Part shown: one piece after another, positions 19,893-29,730 of the stretch | How the letters are laid out: the number at the start of each line of letters is the position of its first letter | Position numbering within the stretch: position 1 is the first letter of the stretch | Assembly (NCBI GenBank): GCA_019057385.1 | Contig: JAHQJS010000007.1 | Location: forward strand, 128,001-192,000 | Direction of reading: 5' to 3' | Origin: Candidatus Borrarchaeum weybense | Lineage (GTDB): Archaea; Asgardarchaeota; Sifarchaeia; Borrarchaeales; Borrarchaeaceae | DNA length: 64,000 nt | Position numbers and translations under genes: made by a program | Notes under the pieces: generated by a model | What the model was told of the DNA's origin: nothing | Database searches by the model: none | The model's input: only the letters and a program-made list of their open reading frames with translations

Positions 19893-21236
19893 CTATCTGT
19901 TGTTCACATCACGCAGAACTTCTTCTAATATATTGAGTCCAATATCCAAAAGTTCTTCTGTAATAACTAGGGGTGGCGCGATTCGAATCGTAGAAACCCC
20001 TGCACTAATTATGGCCAGTCCTTTTTTGAAACACTGAAAAATAATTTCTTTTACTTTCTCCTTTGCTGGTTTTTTGGTCTTTCTGTCTTTAACAAGTTCG
20101 ATGCCTATCATCAATCCTTTTCCTCTTACGTCGCCGATTAGTTCATACTTTTCTTTCATTTCATTAAGTCGTTTTAATGTGTGTCCGCCTAATTTAGCCG
20201 CATTATCGAGCAAGTTTTCTTCTTCGATGATATCGAAGGTTGCAATTGCAGCAGCACAAGACACGGGATTACCTCCAAAGGTTGATGCATGAGCACCGGG
20301 CTCCCAATCCATGACATCCTCTTTAGCAATAACTGCTCCAAGTGGCAATCCTGAGGCAATACCTTTAGCAATTGCAATAATCTCCGGTGTAACGTTCCAA
20401 TGCTCAATAGCAAACATTTTACCAGTGCGGGCCATGCCAGATTGAACTTCATCAGAAATGAGTAGCATGTGATATTTAGCCGCTAATTTTCTTAATCGCT
20501 GAAAATAGCCTTCAGGTGGAACTATATATCCTCCTTCACCTTGTATTGGTTCAAATATGAAACCGAGCGTTTCTTCAGGTGGCAAATAGGTTTCAAAAAC
20601 CATTTCGTCGATGAAATCAACGCAATAAAAGTTGCACTCAGGGTATGTTTGTTTGTAAGGACACCGGTAACAGTAGGGATAAGGCACATGAGTGACCCCA
20701 GGGACAAGAGGGAAGAAATATCTTCTCTGAACAACTTTTGATCCTGTTACACTAAGTGCGCCCATCGTTCTCCCATGAAATGCTTTAGTGAAAGCAATAA
20801 TTTGAGGTTTTCTAGTATGCCATTTAGCGACTTTAAGAGATGCTTCAACAGCTTCTGCACCGCTATTCGTGAAAAATATCTTTTTAGGAAAACTCCCAGG
20901 AGTATTATTGTACAGTTTTTGTGCAAGTTCTACGCTTTTTTGGTAATAGAAGTCAGTATTGGAGTAATGAATAAGTTTTGTAGCTTGATGTGTAATCGCA
21001 TTCACTACCTTTGGATGCGAGTGCCCAACATTACATACACAGATTCCTGCGTTAAAATCGATATAAATATTTTCGTCAACATCTTTTATTAGACATCCCT
21101 CAGCGGATTCAGCAACGAGGGGATAAAATCGTGCATAAGACGGCGAGATGTATTTATCATCAAGTTCCAGCAACTTTTTTGCCTTAGGACCAGGTGGTGT
21201 TACCTTGATATTTGGAATAGTTATGTTCTCTATCAA
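19893..21236 (-). CDS. Class-III PLP aminotransferase (acetylornithine/ornithine aminotransferase family)
   Basis: PPGPKA, NSGAEAVE, FHGRT, EPIQGEGG, DEVQSGMARTG, AKGIASG, HASTFGGNP. Confidence 0.9.
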   Translation of the reverse strand: MIENITIPNIKVTPPGPKAKKLLELDDKYISPSYARFYPLVAESAEGCLIKDVDENIYIDFNAGICVCNVGHSHPKVVNAITHQATKLIHYSNTDFYYQKSVELAQKLYNNTPGSFPKKIFFTNSGAEAVEASLKVAKWHTRKPQIIAFTKAFHGRTMGALSVTGSKVVQRRYFFPLVPGVTHVPYPYCYRCPYKQTYPECNFYCVDFIDEMVFETYLPPEETLGFIFEPIQGEGGYIVPPEGYFQRLRKLAAKYHMLLISDEVQSGMARTGKMFAIEHWNVTPEIIAIAKGIASGLPLGAVIAKEDVMDWEPGAHASTFGGNPVSCAAAIATFDIIEEENLLDNAAKLGGHTLKRLNEMKEKYELIGDVRGKGLMIGIELVKDRKTKKPAKEKVKEIIFQCFKKGLAIISAGVSTIRIAPPLVITEELLDIGLNILEEVLRDVNNR

Positions 21237-21530
21237 CTCCAGTCACCTCAAATGATTATTACACAAACACATTAAAAAAACCATAGGATTTCATTTCGAA
21301 CGAAAAGAAGTGGTTTTAGCACTCGATTTTTCGAAAAATGAAGTCTATTCGATATAGAAATTTTTATCTATTCTTGTGAATACACTTGAATTTGATTTCC
21401 ACATGCGAATTTTTAAATATCCTATTTGTAAAGAAACGAACTACATTTACGATTTGGCAAGGGTATTATAAGCAGCATAGTTAAGTCCTGTAAATTTGGC
21501 TTAGAAATTTGGTAGAAGGTGTCATTTAAA

Positions 21531-22889
21531 ATGGCGAATGAAGCCAAGATAATGGAGACAATTGAGAGGGAAAGAATCAAAATAATTCGATTTGTATGGA
21601 TTGGCAATGATGGAGTCATTCGAGCAAAAGCCTCGACAGCGAAACATCTAAAATCACATGTCAAAAGGGGAATCGGGATAGCTAAAGGCATTCAGTCATT
21701 TAATGCATTAGACCATCTAGTACTCGATGGTTCCTTTGGTGCTCCAGCAAAAGAATTTCAAATTTATCCGGATCTACAGACATTTAAGATATTACCTTAT
21801 GCAAAACATTCTGCTCGTTTTATATGTGAATTACTGAATCCCGATTTTGAGCCTTCAGCAACGGACGCTCGCGCATTTTTACGCCGAATCATTTATCAAG
21901 CAAAAGAAATGGGCTTTCTTCCTATGGCGGCTGGGGAATTAGAATATTATCTTACCAAACGGGATGATAGTGGCAATATGATTCAACAAAATAACGAGAA
22001 ATATGGAACGACTACCCAGTACGACTTAGCAAATGATGTAATACAAGATTGGCTAGATACGTTTGAAAAAATGGGACTCGACATAGAACGTGTTATCTCT
22101 GAATACGGCGGTGCACAATACGAAATAACGATAAGATATACAGATGCACTAACTGCTGCCGACAATGTTTTAACGTTCAAAGATGCAGCTAAAGGAGTAG
22201 CTTTGAATCATGGATATTCAACAACTTTCTTGCCCATGCCATTTCCTGGAGGGGCAGGATCGGGAATGCATTTTCACATCAGTTTATGGGATCTCAATGG
22301 GAAGAATAATCTCTTCTATTCAGAAAGTGATGAATATTTCCTCTCTGACACGGCAAAATATTTCGTTGGTGGAATAATGGCTCATCTAAAAGGTTTATGT
22401 GCTGTATGTGCACCAAATCCAAACAGTTACAAGCGTCTTTTACCGCATTCATGGGCACCAGCACATTGTATATGGGGCGTTGATAATCGAGCTGCTGCCA
22501 TAAGAATTCCCACACGTGCAGAAGGAGATGAGGCAGAACCAACGCGAATAGAATTTCGTGTGCCTGATGGCACAGCGAATCCGTACTTCGCTTTAGGTAC
22601 AACCTTGGCTTGTGGCTTAGAAGGAATCAAAAATAAAATAGATCCGCCAGAACCAGCTCATATAGAACCTGGCGACCTGGTGGATGATGATCTTGAAAAG
22701 AAAGGCATTGAGTACTTGCCAAGAACTCTGGGCGAAGCACTTGCAGAATTTAAAAAGGATGCTTTCTTTAAGGAAATTATGGGTGATTTCGGTTTTAATG
22801 AGTTCTATAAGGTCAGAATGTCTGAGTGGAGAGAGTATTGCAGTGTTGTTACTGAATGGGAATTAAAAAACTATCGCGATACGTTTTAA
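21531..22889 (+). CDS. Glutamine-synthetase-like gamma-glutamyl-amine ligase
   Basis: GELEYY, EYGGAQYE, GSGMHFHISL, NSYKRL, NRAAAIRIP, RIEFR. Flap reads SWAP where true GS has YEAP. Confidence 0.85.
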   Translation: MANEAKIMETIERERIKIIRFVWIGNDGVIRAKASTAKHLKSHVKRGIGIAKGIQSFNALDHLVLDGSFGAPAKEFQIYPDLQTFKILPYAKHSARFICELLNPDFEPSATDARAFLRRIIYQAKEMGFLPMAAGELEYYLTKRDDSGNMIQQNNEKYGTTTQYDLANDVIQDWLDTFEKMGLDIERVISEYGGAQYEITIRYTDALTAADNVLTFKDAAKGVALNHGYSTTFLPMPFPGGAGSGMHFHISLWDLNGKNNLFYSESDEYFLSDTAKYFVGGIMAHLKGLCAVCAPNPNSYKRLLPHSWAPAHCIWGVDNRAAAIRIPTRAEGDEAEPTRIEFRVPDGTANPYFALGTTLACGLEGIKNKIDPPEPAHIEPGDLVDDDLEKKGIEYLPRTLGEALAEFKKDAFFKEIMGDFGFNEFYKVRMSEWREYCSVVTEWELKNYRDTF

Positions 22890-22922
22890 TCCAAAGGAGG
22901 GAATAATCTGAGCAATGAACAA

Positions 22923-23555
22923 TTGTTTGAAGGTATTAAAAATTCCATAATTGACCTAGATAGAGAAGAGTGCCTTAGATTAGCACAAGAAGCTCTTGAT
23001 GCTGGAATTAATCCACTTGAAGTTATTGAGAATGGACTAAAGAAAGGAATTCAGATTGTTGGAACGAAGTATGAAGAAGGTGAGTTGTTTATAGTAGATT
23101 TGATGATGGCAGCATCAGCTATGAAAGCTGCAGTCGAACTCCTTGAGCCCCATATTTCGTCAGAAATGAAAGAAAAGGCTAGTGCTGGGAAGATTATTAT
23201 TGGAACAGTTGAGGGCGACATTCATGATATAGGAAAGACCATTGTGTCAACCTTATTAGCTGCCAATGGTTTCGAAGTAATCGATTTAGGTTCAGAAGTA
23301 CCTGCCTCAAAATTTATAGAAAAGATCAAGGAACTCAAACCAGATATCGTTGGAATGTCTGCGCTCCTAACAACTACGATGCCAAAAATGCAGGAAGTTA
23401 TTGAAGCGCTCGAAAAAGAAGACTTGCGTGATGCAGTAAAGGTTATGATAGGAGGGGCTCCTGTTACAAAGGAATTTGCAGCAAAGATTGGTGCAGATGG
23501 CTATGCTAAGGATGCGGAAGAAGCTATAAAATGGGCTAAAGAGCTTGCCTCTTAA
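22923..23555 (+). CDS. mtbC: Methylamine-type corrinoid protein
   Basis: B12-binding motif GDIHDIGK...SALLTTTM...KVMIGGAP with four-helix cap; immediately upstream of mtbB. Confidence 0.88.
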   Translation: MFEGIKNSIIDLDREECLRLAQEALDAGINPLEVIENGLKKGIQIVGTKYEEGELFIVDLMMAASAMKAAVELLEPHISSEMKEKASAGKIIIGTVEGDIHDIGKTIVSTLLAANGFEVIDLGSEVPASKFIEKIKELKPDIVGMSALLTTTMPKMQEVIEALEKEDLRDAVKVMIGGAPVTKEFAAKIGADGYAKDAEEAIKWAKELAS

Positions 23556-23755
23556 ATAGCAATAAACTGTAGGTATTTCTCTATTTTTATTTTTCTTTGG
23601 TCGTTTTTCGAAGGATTCTTGCGTTTTTTTAATCACTTATCCAATATTTTCATTTCTCTAGAATTTCAGAGGAAAGATTTTTTAGGGGATTCTGCTTTTA
23701 CAGATGTTTAAAAAATTGATTACAACAGAGAATCTTCTAGCTAGGAGGTCAACTT

Positions 23756-25159
23756 TTGACCGAATTCACAATGCGTACTGGTACGGGAAAACCGTTATAC
23801 ATGTCTAAAGAACAAATTCGGTCAGACCTCGAAGACGGTGCAAACTGGGCTGCAACAAAAGCAAAGATACCAGAACTGTCAGCTAATGAAATAGATCATA
23901 TCCTTGATATACTCGTGAGACCAGGAAGACAAATTGGAGTTGAACAAGGAAAAGAAATTGTTTTAACTACAGATGGCGGCACCACAAGATATACAGGTAT
24001 TTGCAGATACTCAGCTATGCCTGTATCAAGAGAACAGGCTGTAATAATCGGAGAACGTTTCATTGGTTTCGATACGTTTGAAATTGGACACGCTGACTAC
24101 AGTTTTAGACCAGTAAAAACAATTGCTATGGATGAGGCAACAGTAATCGAGAATACAGAACTTAACAGTGTGATTCCAGTATTCTATGGAGCAATGCCTA
24201 ACCTAGGAATCTATTTCCAATCGCAAGGTGGGAAATGGCCATCTCCTACAGATTTCATGAACGAAGGTAAGATTGACGAGGCAAGGGCGGTTCAAGAGTC
24301 TGCTGCAGAAGATATGACTAATGACATAGTCTACGTAGCAAAAATCTTCGCGGAGACTGGTCTTGACGGTCTTGATATAGATACTACTGCTGCTGCTGGT
24401 GATGCAGATTTCTATGGAACTTTAAAAGCCATTGAGATAATAAAAAAGGAAACTAATTTAGCACTAGAGGTTGGCATGGCTGGCGAAAAAGTATTTGGAT
24501 TACATGCAGATCTTAAATATGATGGTGAACGATTAGCAGGTATGTGGCCACATCAACAAAGTTTGATGGTAGAAAAGGCAGGTGGAGATCTCTTTGGTGC
24601 TGTCATTAATACAGACACAGGTAAATCTTGTCCGTGGAATTTAGCCCGTTCGATAACTTTTGTTAAGGAGGTTATGAAGACAGTCAGTATTCCGGTGCAT
24701 CCTAACATGGGAATGGGTGTCGGTGGAATCCCTATGTGCGAAGTTATTCCAATGGATGTCGTCACTCGATCTGGTGTTGCAATGGTAGAACTTACTAATT
24801 GTGATGGCGTATAGGTAGGAACAGGAGACCCTGTTGGTATGGATTTGGCTTATCGGATGAGCATTGGAATGGGAGGCATCGGCACAGCAGGTGATATAGT
24901 AGCACGCCTTCAAATGACTAAGAGAATGAAACTTGACGCTGCCAAGGAATTTGTTGCTAAAAAATTAGGTGTTGATCAATTCACGCTTCACGATACTCTT
25001 CAAATGAGAGATCTTCGCGATGAACTTGAGCTTGGTTCTGTTACCGCACTTCCAGGAAAGGCCAAAGGTATTGAGGCAAAAGCTAGAATCGCAGATCTGT
25101 TTGATATTAAAATCAATTCTGTGGAAAGGCTTAAGAAGAAACTTTCTTTAGACTTTTAG
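23756..25159 (+). CDS. mtbB: Dimethylamine:corrinoid methyltransferase, 467 aa with pyrrolysine at residue 353 (in-frame TAG 24812-24814)
   Basis: ORFs 23756-24814 and 24839-25159 are in one frame. Read-through gives AMVELTNCDGV-O-VGTGDPVGM, matching the MtbB DGxOxGxGDPxG motif. Also DYSFRPVK, FYGAMPNLG, NMGMGVGGIPM. Confidence 0.94.
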
Positions 25160-25163
25160 CATA

Positions 25164-25248
25164 GTGCTGGCAACGAAATCAACTGAAAGATCGGCAAGGC
25201 TTGATTGGGTTGATTTCAGATGGGCTCACCCCCGCAAGGGGTCAGCAC
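25164..25248 (+). ncRNA. Putative structured RNA in the mtbB 3' UTR
   Basis: GTGCTGGC(25164-71) pairs with GTCAGCAC(25241-48); GAAATCAAC(25175-83) pairs with GTTGATTTC(25209-17); CCC-GCAA-GGG GNRA hairpin at 25231-40. Confidence 0.45.
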
Positions 25249-25292
25249 ATTTATTATTTCTGCCTATTTTTGAATAAAAAGATAGAAAAAAA

Positions 25293-25541
25293 TTAAATCG
25301 CTTTTCTGCGCTTTAAAATAACAATTGCACCAATTAATGAGACTGCAACTCCTGATCCTATCGCTCCAAAGAGATACAAATTTATGTTGGAAAATAAGGC
25401 CGTTTGTGTTTCACCTTCTACATAACTCGTGGTCGATGAACCAATGTTTACTCCCCCTTCTCCTTCTCCCTTTCCTTTTACCCTTTTGAAATTTTCTAAA
25501 TCGGCATTTCGGCAATTTGTTCTATGCTGAAAAAGAATCAT
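25293..25541 (-). pseudogene. Remnant of a membrane-anchored surface protein (C-terminal TM plus basic tail)
   Basis: Ends ...LYLFGAIGSGVAVSLIGAIVILKRRKAI; the N-terminal part does not look native. Confidence 0.45.
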
Positions 25542-25608
25542 TTAAAAACTCCAACGGCACTGATCTGTGATTTATACAAGAAGTCAAAAGAAATAGGAAG
25601 GTGGTACT

Positions 25609-26685
25609 TTGTCAAAATTATTCGAACCCTATGATTTCTGTGGTATTAAACTAAAAAACAGATTTATTCGATCAGCAACCAGTGAAAATTTGGCTAAAAA
25701 TAGATTACCTACTGAACAATTGTTTAAATTATACAAAGAACTTGCTCGTGGTGAAATAGGGTTAATCATTACAAGTGCAATGCGACCTGATCGAACTTGG
25801 ACAAGAGGACCGCAACAAAAGAATATGGTTATTGATAGTGATGATTCGATTCCTAATTTTAGAGAATTGACTAATCTTATGCATTCCTTTGGTTCTAAAG
25901 TCGCATTACAGTTAGGTTCATTTTTCGTTTTTAACGGCGAATCTGTTGCCCCCTCTGCTATACCATATACTTGGATTCCTGGTGTTACGCCCAGGGCTTT
26001 AACAATTCAAGAAATTAGAGAAATAGTTGAAATTTATGGTACTGCTGGAGCACGGGCTAAAAAGGCGGATTTTGATGCAGTTCAGATTCATGCAGCACAT
26101 GGATATCCTCTTTCTAGATTTCTCTCACCACGTTTCAATAAAAGAACGGATGAATATGGAGGTAGCCCTAAAAATAGAGCACGCATTATAATAGAGATAG
26201 CAACTGAAATAAAAAAAAGAGCAGGAAGCGATTTTCCGGTTTTTGTTAAAATGGGCGTGGTAGATTTCTGTGAGGGAGGATTGACAAAAGAAGATGGAGT
26301 AGAGGTCGCAAAAGCTTTATCTCAAAATGGTGTCTCCGCAATTGAAACTTCTGCCGGGACACCTGGTTCAGAAATGAATGCCCTTGGTGCAACAAACAAT
26401 TCTCGATGGACAGAAGGTTATTTATTGGATTATGCAGCGGCAATAAAAGCAGAAGTAGATGTACCAGTTATTTTAGTCGGTGGGCTTCGTGATTTAAGCA
26501 TGATGGAAGATATTATCTCCCAAGGAAAAGCTGACTTAGTTGCAATGAGTAGACCATTTATCATTGAGCCTCATCTCATCAAAAGATGGAAGGAGGATGG
26601 AGATCAAGAGCCCTCACATTGCATATCGTGCAATGGATGTATGGATCTCTATATGGATGGAGAAATTGTAGAATGTATCATTTAA
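25609..26685 (+). CDS. NADH:flavin oxidoreductase (Old Yellow Enzyme family)
   Basis: LFEP...LKNRFIRSAT, FDAVQIHAAHGYPLSRFLSP, NKRTDEYGGS, VGGLR, SRPFIIEP, CISCNGC. Confidence 0.9.
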   Translation: MSKLFEPYDFCGIKLKNRFIRSATSENLAKNRLPTEQLFKLYKELARGEIGLIITSAMRPDRTWTRGPQQKNMVIDSDDSIPNFRELTNLMHSFGSKVALQLGSFFVFNGESVAPSAIPYTWIPGVTPRALTIQEIREIVEIYGTAGARAKKADFDAVQIHAAHGYPLSRFLSPRFNKRTDEYGGSPKNRARIIIEIATEIKKRAGSDFPVFVKMGVVDFCEGGLTKEDGVEVAKALSQNGVSAIETSAGTPGSEMNALGATNNSRWTEGYLLDYAAAIKAEVDVPVILVGGLRDLSMMEDIISQGKADLVAMSRPFIIEPHLIKRWKEDGDQEPSHCISCNGCMDLYMDGEIVECII

Positions 26686-26851
26686 TAGTGTTTATTAATC
26701 AGCTTCATTAGAATTTTTTACTTCTTTTCTTCTCATGGCTTGATTTGTCTATAAACACTGCATAAAGCAAAAATCAGCTAAATGTAAAAAGATAAAAGAC
26801 TGAAATATCATCCTTCTAAAAAAAACTAATATTTCTAGGATGTGAGTATAA

Positions 26852-28525
26852 GTGGATAATTCAGATATGGAAAAACAATTCTCTATCAAAAGAATAGTAC
26901 TCTCAATTCTGGCAATCCTCTTTACTGCTTTCGTGACTTATAATATGACCGTTCCTTTGTACAACTATTGGGCACCAGCGATTTTTGCAGCATTCCTTCT
27001 GATTATAATTAACAGAATCCATCTACTCAGATATCTGAATTTTCTGTTCCGAGTAAGAATGAGATCTAGACCTTCTACGGTTGGTGTTATATTTGTCCTG
27101 ATTTTCATACTTGCTTCTAGTTCCTCAGCAATTACTTGGCAATATAACTTCTATGTCGCGAACAGATTTGTTGACGAACTTGGATTAGAACTCTCAGATG
27201 TTGAAACACCGTTCACACAAGGAATAACGCCAGATGCTGTTCGTTTGGTTGACAGAGATTTAGCTTATACTATAGCCCAAAAGCACAAGGCAACTTTTAC
27301 TGCAAGCGCAGTACTCGGGTACGAACAGATCGGTGTGTATCAAGGACATGAAGCTTGGTATGTGCCCGTCATCGAGGAGACCCTGAATTCTATGAGAGTG
27401 AGAGCAGTTGGTTTTATCATAATAGACGTTAATAAGCCATTTCAGCAACCGACAATAATCAAGTATAATCAAGAAGCAACAGTTATGCCAGATTTGTTAT
27501 GGTATCGAAATCCTGATTATAAACTTTACAATCAAGATCAAAATAGGTATTATGGCAGAAATTATTACACAGAAATCGACGGCGAAATTCGTGTTATTGT
27601 GTTGTCCCATAACGGTTTTCTATATCCCCATGATGCAAAGGTTCATGTATTAAGTTTAGATGGCAAAGTAATCGAAGAACTCTCACCTAATGAAGCATAT
27701 CTTAAAGGTATTCCACAGGTCTTGGACGAAGAGAACTACATCGAGTTCTACGAGAATGCTTTCAGTGGATTTCTAATGAAAGATAAAAGTCTGGATATGT
27801 GGGCAGGATATCTAAGTGAAAAGGATACGTTTGAACCTAGTGAAATCCTTCGTTATCTTCACGACCAACAAACAGGCACAACAATTGCCATAACAACAAC
27901 TCACCCAACTAGCAATCCTTCAACAATGCACGGAATGTTCATTTGGCGTGGTACAAACGTTACTTATCACAATTTACGAAGGGCAAGCTTTATCAGCGCC
28001 GATGAAGCTCAACGAGAAGGAACAAAAATTCCTCAATTAACAATCTTTAGGAGTCTTTCTGCTTCAATGAGACTTCTTTATCCCATTAAATATTCAGACG
28101 GCACAGTCAAACTTGCATGGTTTATCCCCTATACCCAATCAGACCGACTTGTAGCCCTCGCTATCGTAGACCCAGTGGATACTTCGCACATTGGCTATGC
28201 AACGAAAGAGGAAGCGACAGGTGGTGAAGGTCTTGCTCGTTTAGCGATGTCTCGCTTTTCAGGAGTATCAGTATCTGGTGGATCTGGAAATGAGATTCAT
28301 GGTAAGATAAAAGAAAGATCGACTTGGATAGAGGATGGAAACCAAGTAATCTTGTTTAAAGTAGATGACAAAGTGAGAAACGACATTTATGTCATGGCTA
28401 AAGCGAATCAACTTAGTGCACAAGACTTCCATGAACTTATAAGGAAAGATACTGGTGACAGTCTACATGTAACAGCTACATTTAGTGACTCTGAACAGGT
28501 CTGGATAATCACTGGACTTCTCTAA
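26852..28525 (+). CDS. Hypothetical membrane protein with 3 N-terminal TM helices and a large extracytoplasmic domain
   Basis: Hydrophobic N-terminus followed by about 450 aa of beta-rich hydrophilic sequence. Confidence 0.7.
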   Translation: MDNSDMEKQFSIKRIVLSILAILFTAFVTYNMTVPLYNYWAPAIFAAFLLIIINRIHLLRYLNFLFRVRMRSRPSTVGVIFVLIFILASSSSAITWQYNFYVANRFVDELGLELSDVETPFTQGITPDAVRLVDRDLAYTIAQKHKATFTASAVLGYEQIGVYQGHEAWYVPVIEETLNSMRVRAVGFIIIDVNKPFQQPTIIKYNQEATVMPDLLWYRNPDYKLYNQDQNRYYGRNYYTEIDGEIRVIVLSHNGFLYPHDAKVHVLSLDGKVIEELSPNEAYLKGIPQVLDEENYIEFYENAFSGFLMKDKSLDMWAGYLSEKDTFEPSEILRYLHDQQTGTTIAITTTHPTSNPSTMHGMFIWRGTNVTYHNLRRASFISADEAQREGTKIPQLTIFRSLSASMRLLYPIKYSDGTVKLAWFIPYTQSDRLVALAIVDPVDTSHIGYATKEEATGGEGLARLAMSRFSGVSVSGGSGNEIHGKIKERSTWIEDGNQVILFKVDDKVRNDIYVMAKANQLSAQDFHELIRKDTGDSLHVTATFSDSEQVWIITGLL

Positions 28526-28545
28526 AAACCATAAATTGATCTATG

Positions 28546-29523
28546 TCAAAACAGCAAGCGTTTTATACCTGTGTCTTCAACAAGCTTAAACTTTTCTATT
28601 TTTTCTTTACTTAATTCTATTAAATAGGCTTTTAGTGCCCCTATATTATATTCTGAACCTGGATTCACGCACAACGTTTTTCCGATGTATGTAAATCCAC
28701 CAGATTCGTGAATATGGCCGTGAAGAGTTAATTTTGGTTGATATTTTTCAATGACTTCTCTTACAGCTTTACTCCCAACTGCAGAATAAAAAGGAGCGCC
28801 AAGAAGATGAACCACGCGTTTTTTCTTATCAAGTTTTGGAGCTGTATCAAGACCTGAATTAAAAGGTGGCGCATGTATTGCAGCTACGACATGATCAAAA
28901 TCATTGACAGTTTCAAATTTCTGTTCCAGCTTTTTCTTTAATTCTTTCTCTGATAGTTCTCTTAGGGAATTCCAAGGAGTCGGATTTACATAATTAAAAC
29001 TGATTAATTTATGGTAGACGTCTAAATCGATTTCTTTATCTGGATACACAACAAAATCATCATTTCGTAATACTTCATCGATTTTTTTGGAATCATCATT
29101 ACCAGGGATTATTATAATTTTAGGTTTATTTTCAAATGAAGTATTCTTGGCTATTTCTATCCATTCTAGCACTTGTGCAGCGTCTAGGTCCTCAAAAATT
29201 TTACGTTGATATGTAAGATCTTTTATTATTCTTTTAAAATCTTTAGTATCTGTAATTAAAGGTAATAATCCAAAATACTTAGCCCGTTCTAACAATTCAT
29301 TTAATTCTTGCTTTGATGTCACATTGTAATTCTTACCTAAAAGAGTAGCTTGATATAAATTGGATTTTGCATCATGTATAATTGGTAAAATTTCTTTTGC
29401 GGAAAGATCTCCACCCATTATGGCGATATTTACCTTGTATACTTTAATCGCATTCAAAAATTTAAGCCAAACTAGTTTACTACCATGAATATCTGAAGCA
29501 AACAAAATTCTAATTATTGACAA
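28546..29523 (-). CDS. Calcineurin-like metallophosphoesterase, paralogue of 3169-4128
   Basis: SDIHGS, GGDLSAK, PGNDD, IHAPP, HGHIHE, NPGSEY. Confidence 0.88.
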   Translation of the reverse strand: MSIIRILFASDIHGSKLVWLKFLNAIKVYKVNIAIMGGDLSAKEILPIIHDAKSNLYQATLLGKNYNVTSKQELNELLERAKYFGLLPLITDTKDFKRIIKDLTYQRKIFEDLDAAQVLEWIEIAKNTSFENKPKIIIIPGNDDSKKIDEVLRNDDFVVYPDKEIDLDVYHKLISFNYVNPTPWNSLRELSEKELKKKLEQKFETVNDFDHVVAAIHAPPFNSGLDTAPKLDKKKRVVHLLGAPFYSAVGSKAVREVIEKYQPKLTLHGHIHESGGFTYIGKTLCVNPGSEYNIGALKAYLIELSKEKIEKFKLVEDTGIKRLLF

Positions 29524-29730
29524 TCTTCATACGTTCCTTTTCTGGGAAGATAAATCAATTTAGCATGGAATTGATTGGTTATCACTTTGGTTTTGTTGTG
29601 AATTTATCTGTTTAATTCTGCATAAAAAAACAGATTTTTATCGATTTTAATTCTTCTTAAGCTTTATGATACAAACAAAGTGAAGTAATAGTTGATTATA
29701 GCAAAATCAAGTTATTTCTGAAGAATAAAT

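Noticed and set aside
23756-25159. mtbB as two genes or a nonsense pseudogene
   Set aside because: The TAG falls exactly at the conserved Pyl position and the full Pyl machinery is present.
25164-25248. Hammerhead ribozyme or canonical SECIS
   Set aside because: It lacks a CUGANGA core and the eukaryotic SECIS quartet spacing, and mtbB has no in-frame TGA. It is kept only as an unclassified structure.
25609-26685. Di/trimethylamine dehydrogenase
   Set aside because: Only the TIM-barrel OYE domain is present; the additional nucleotide-binding domains of the much longer enzymes are missing.
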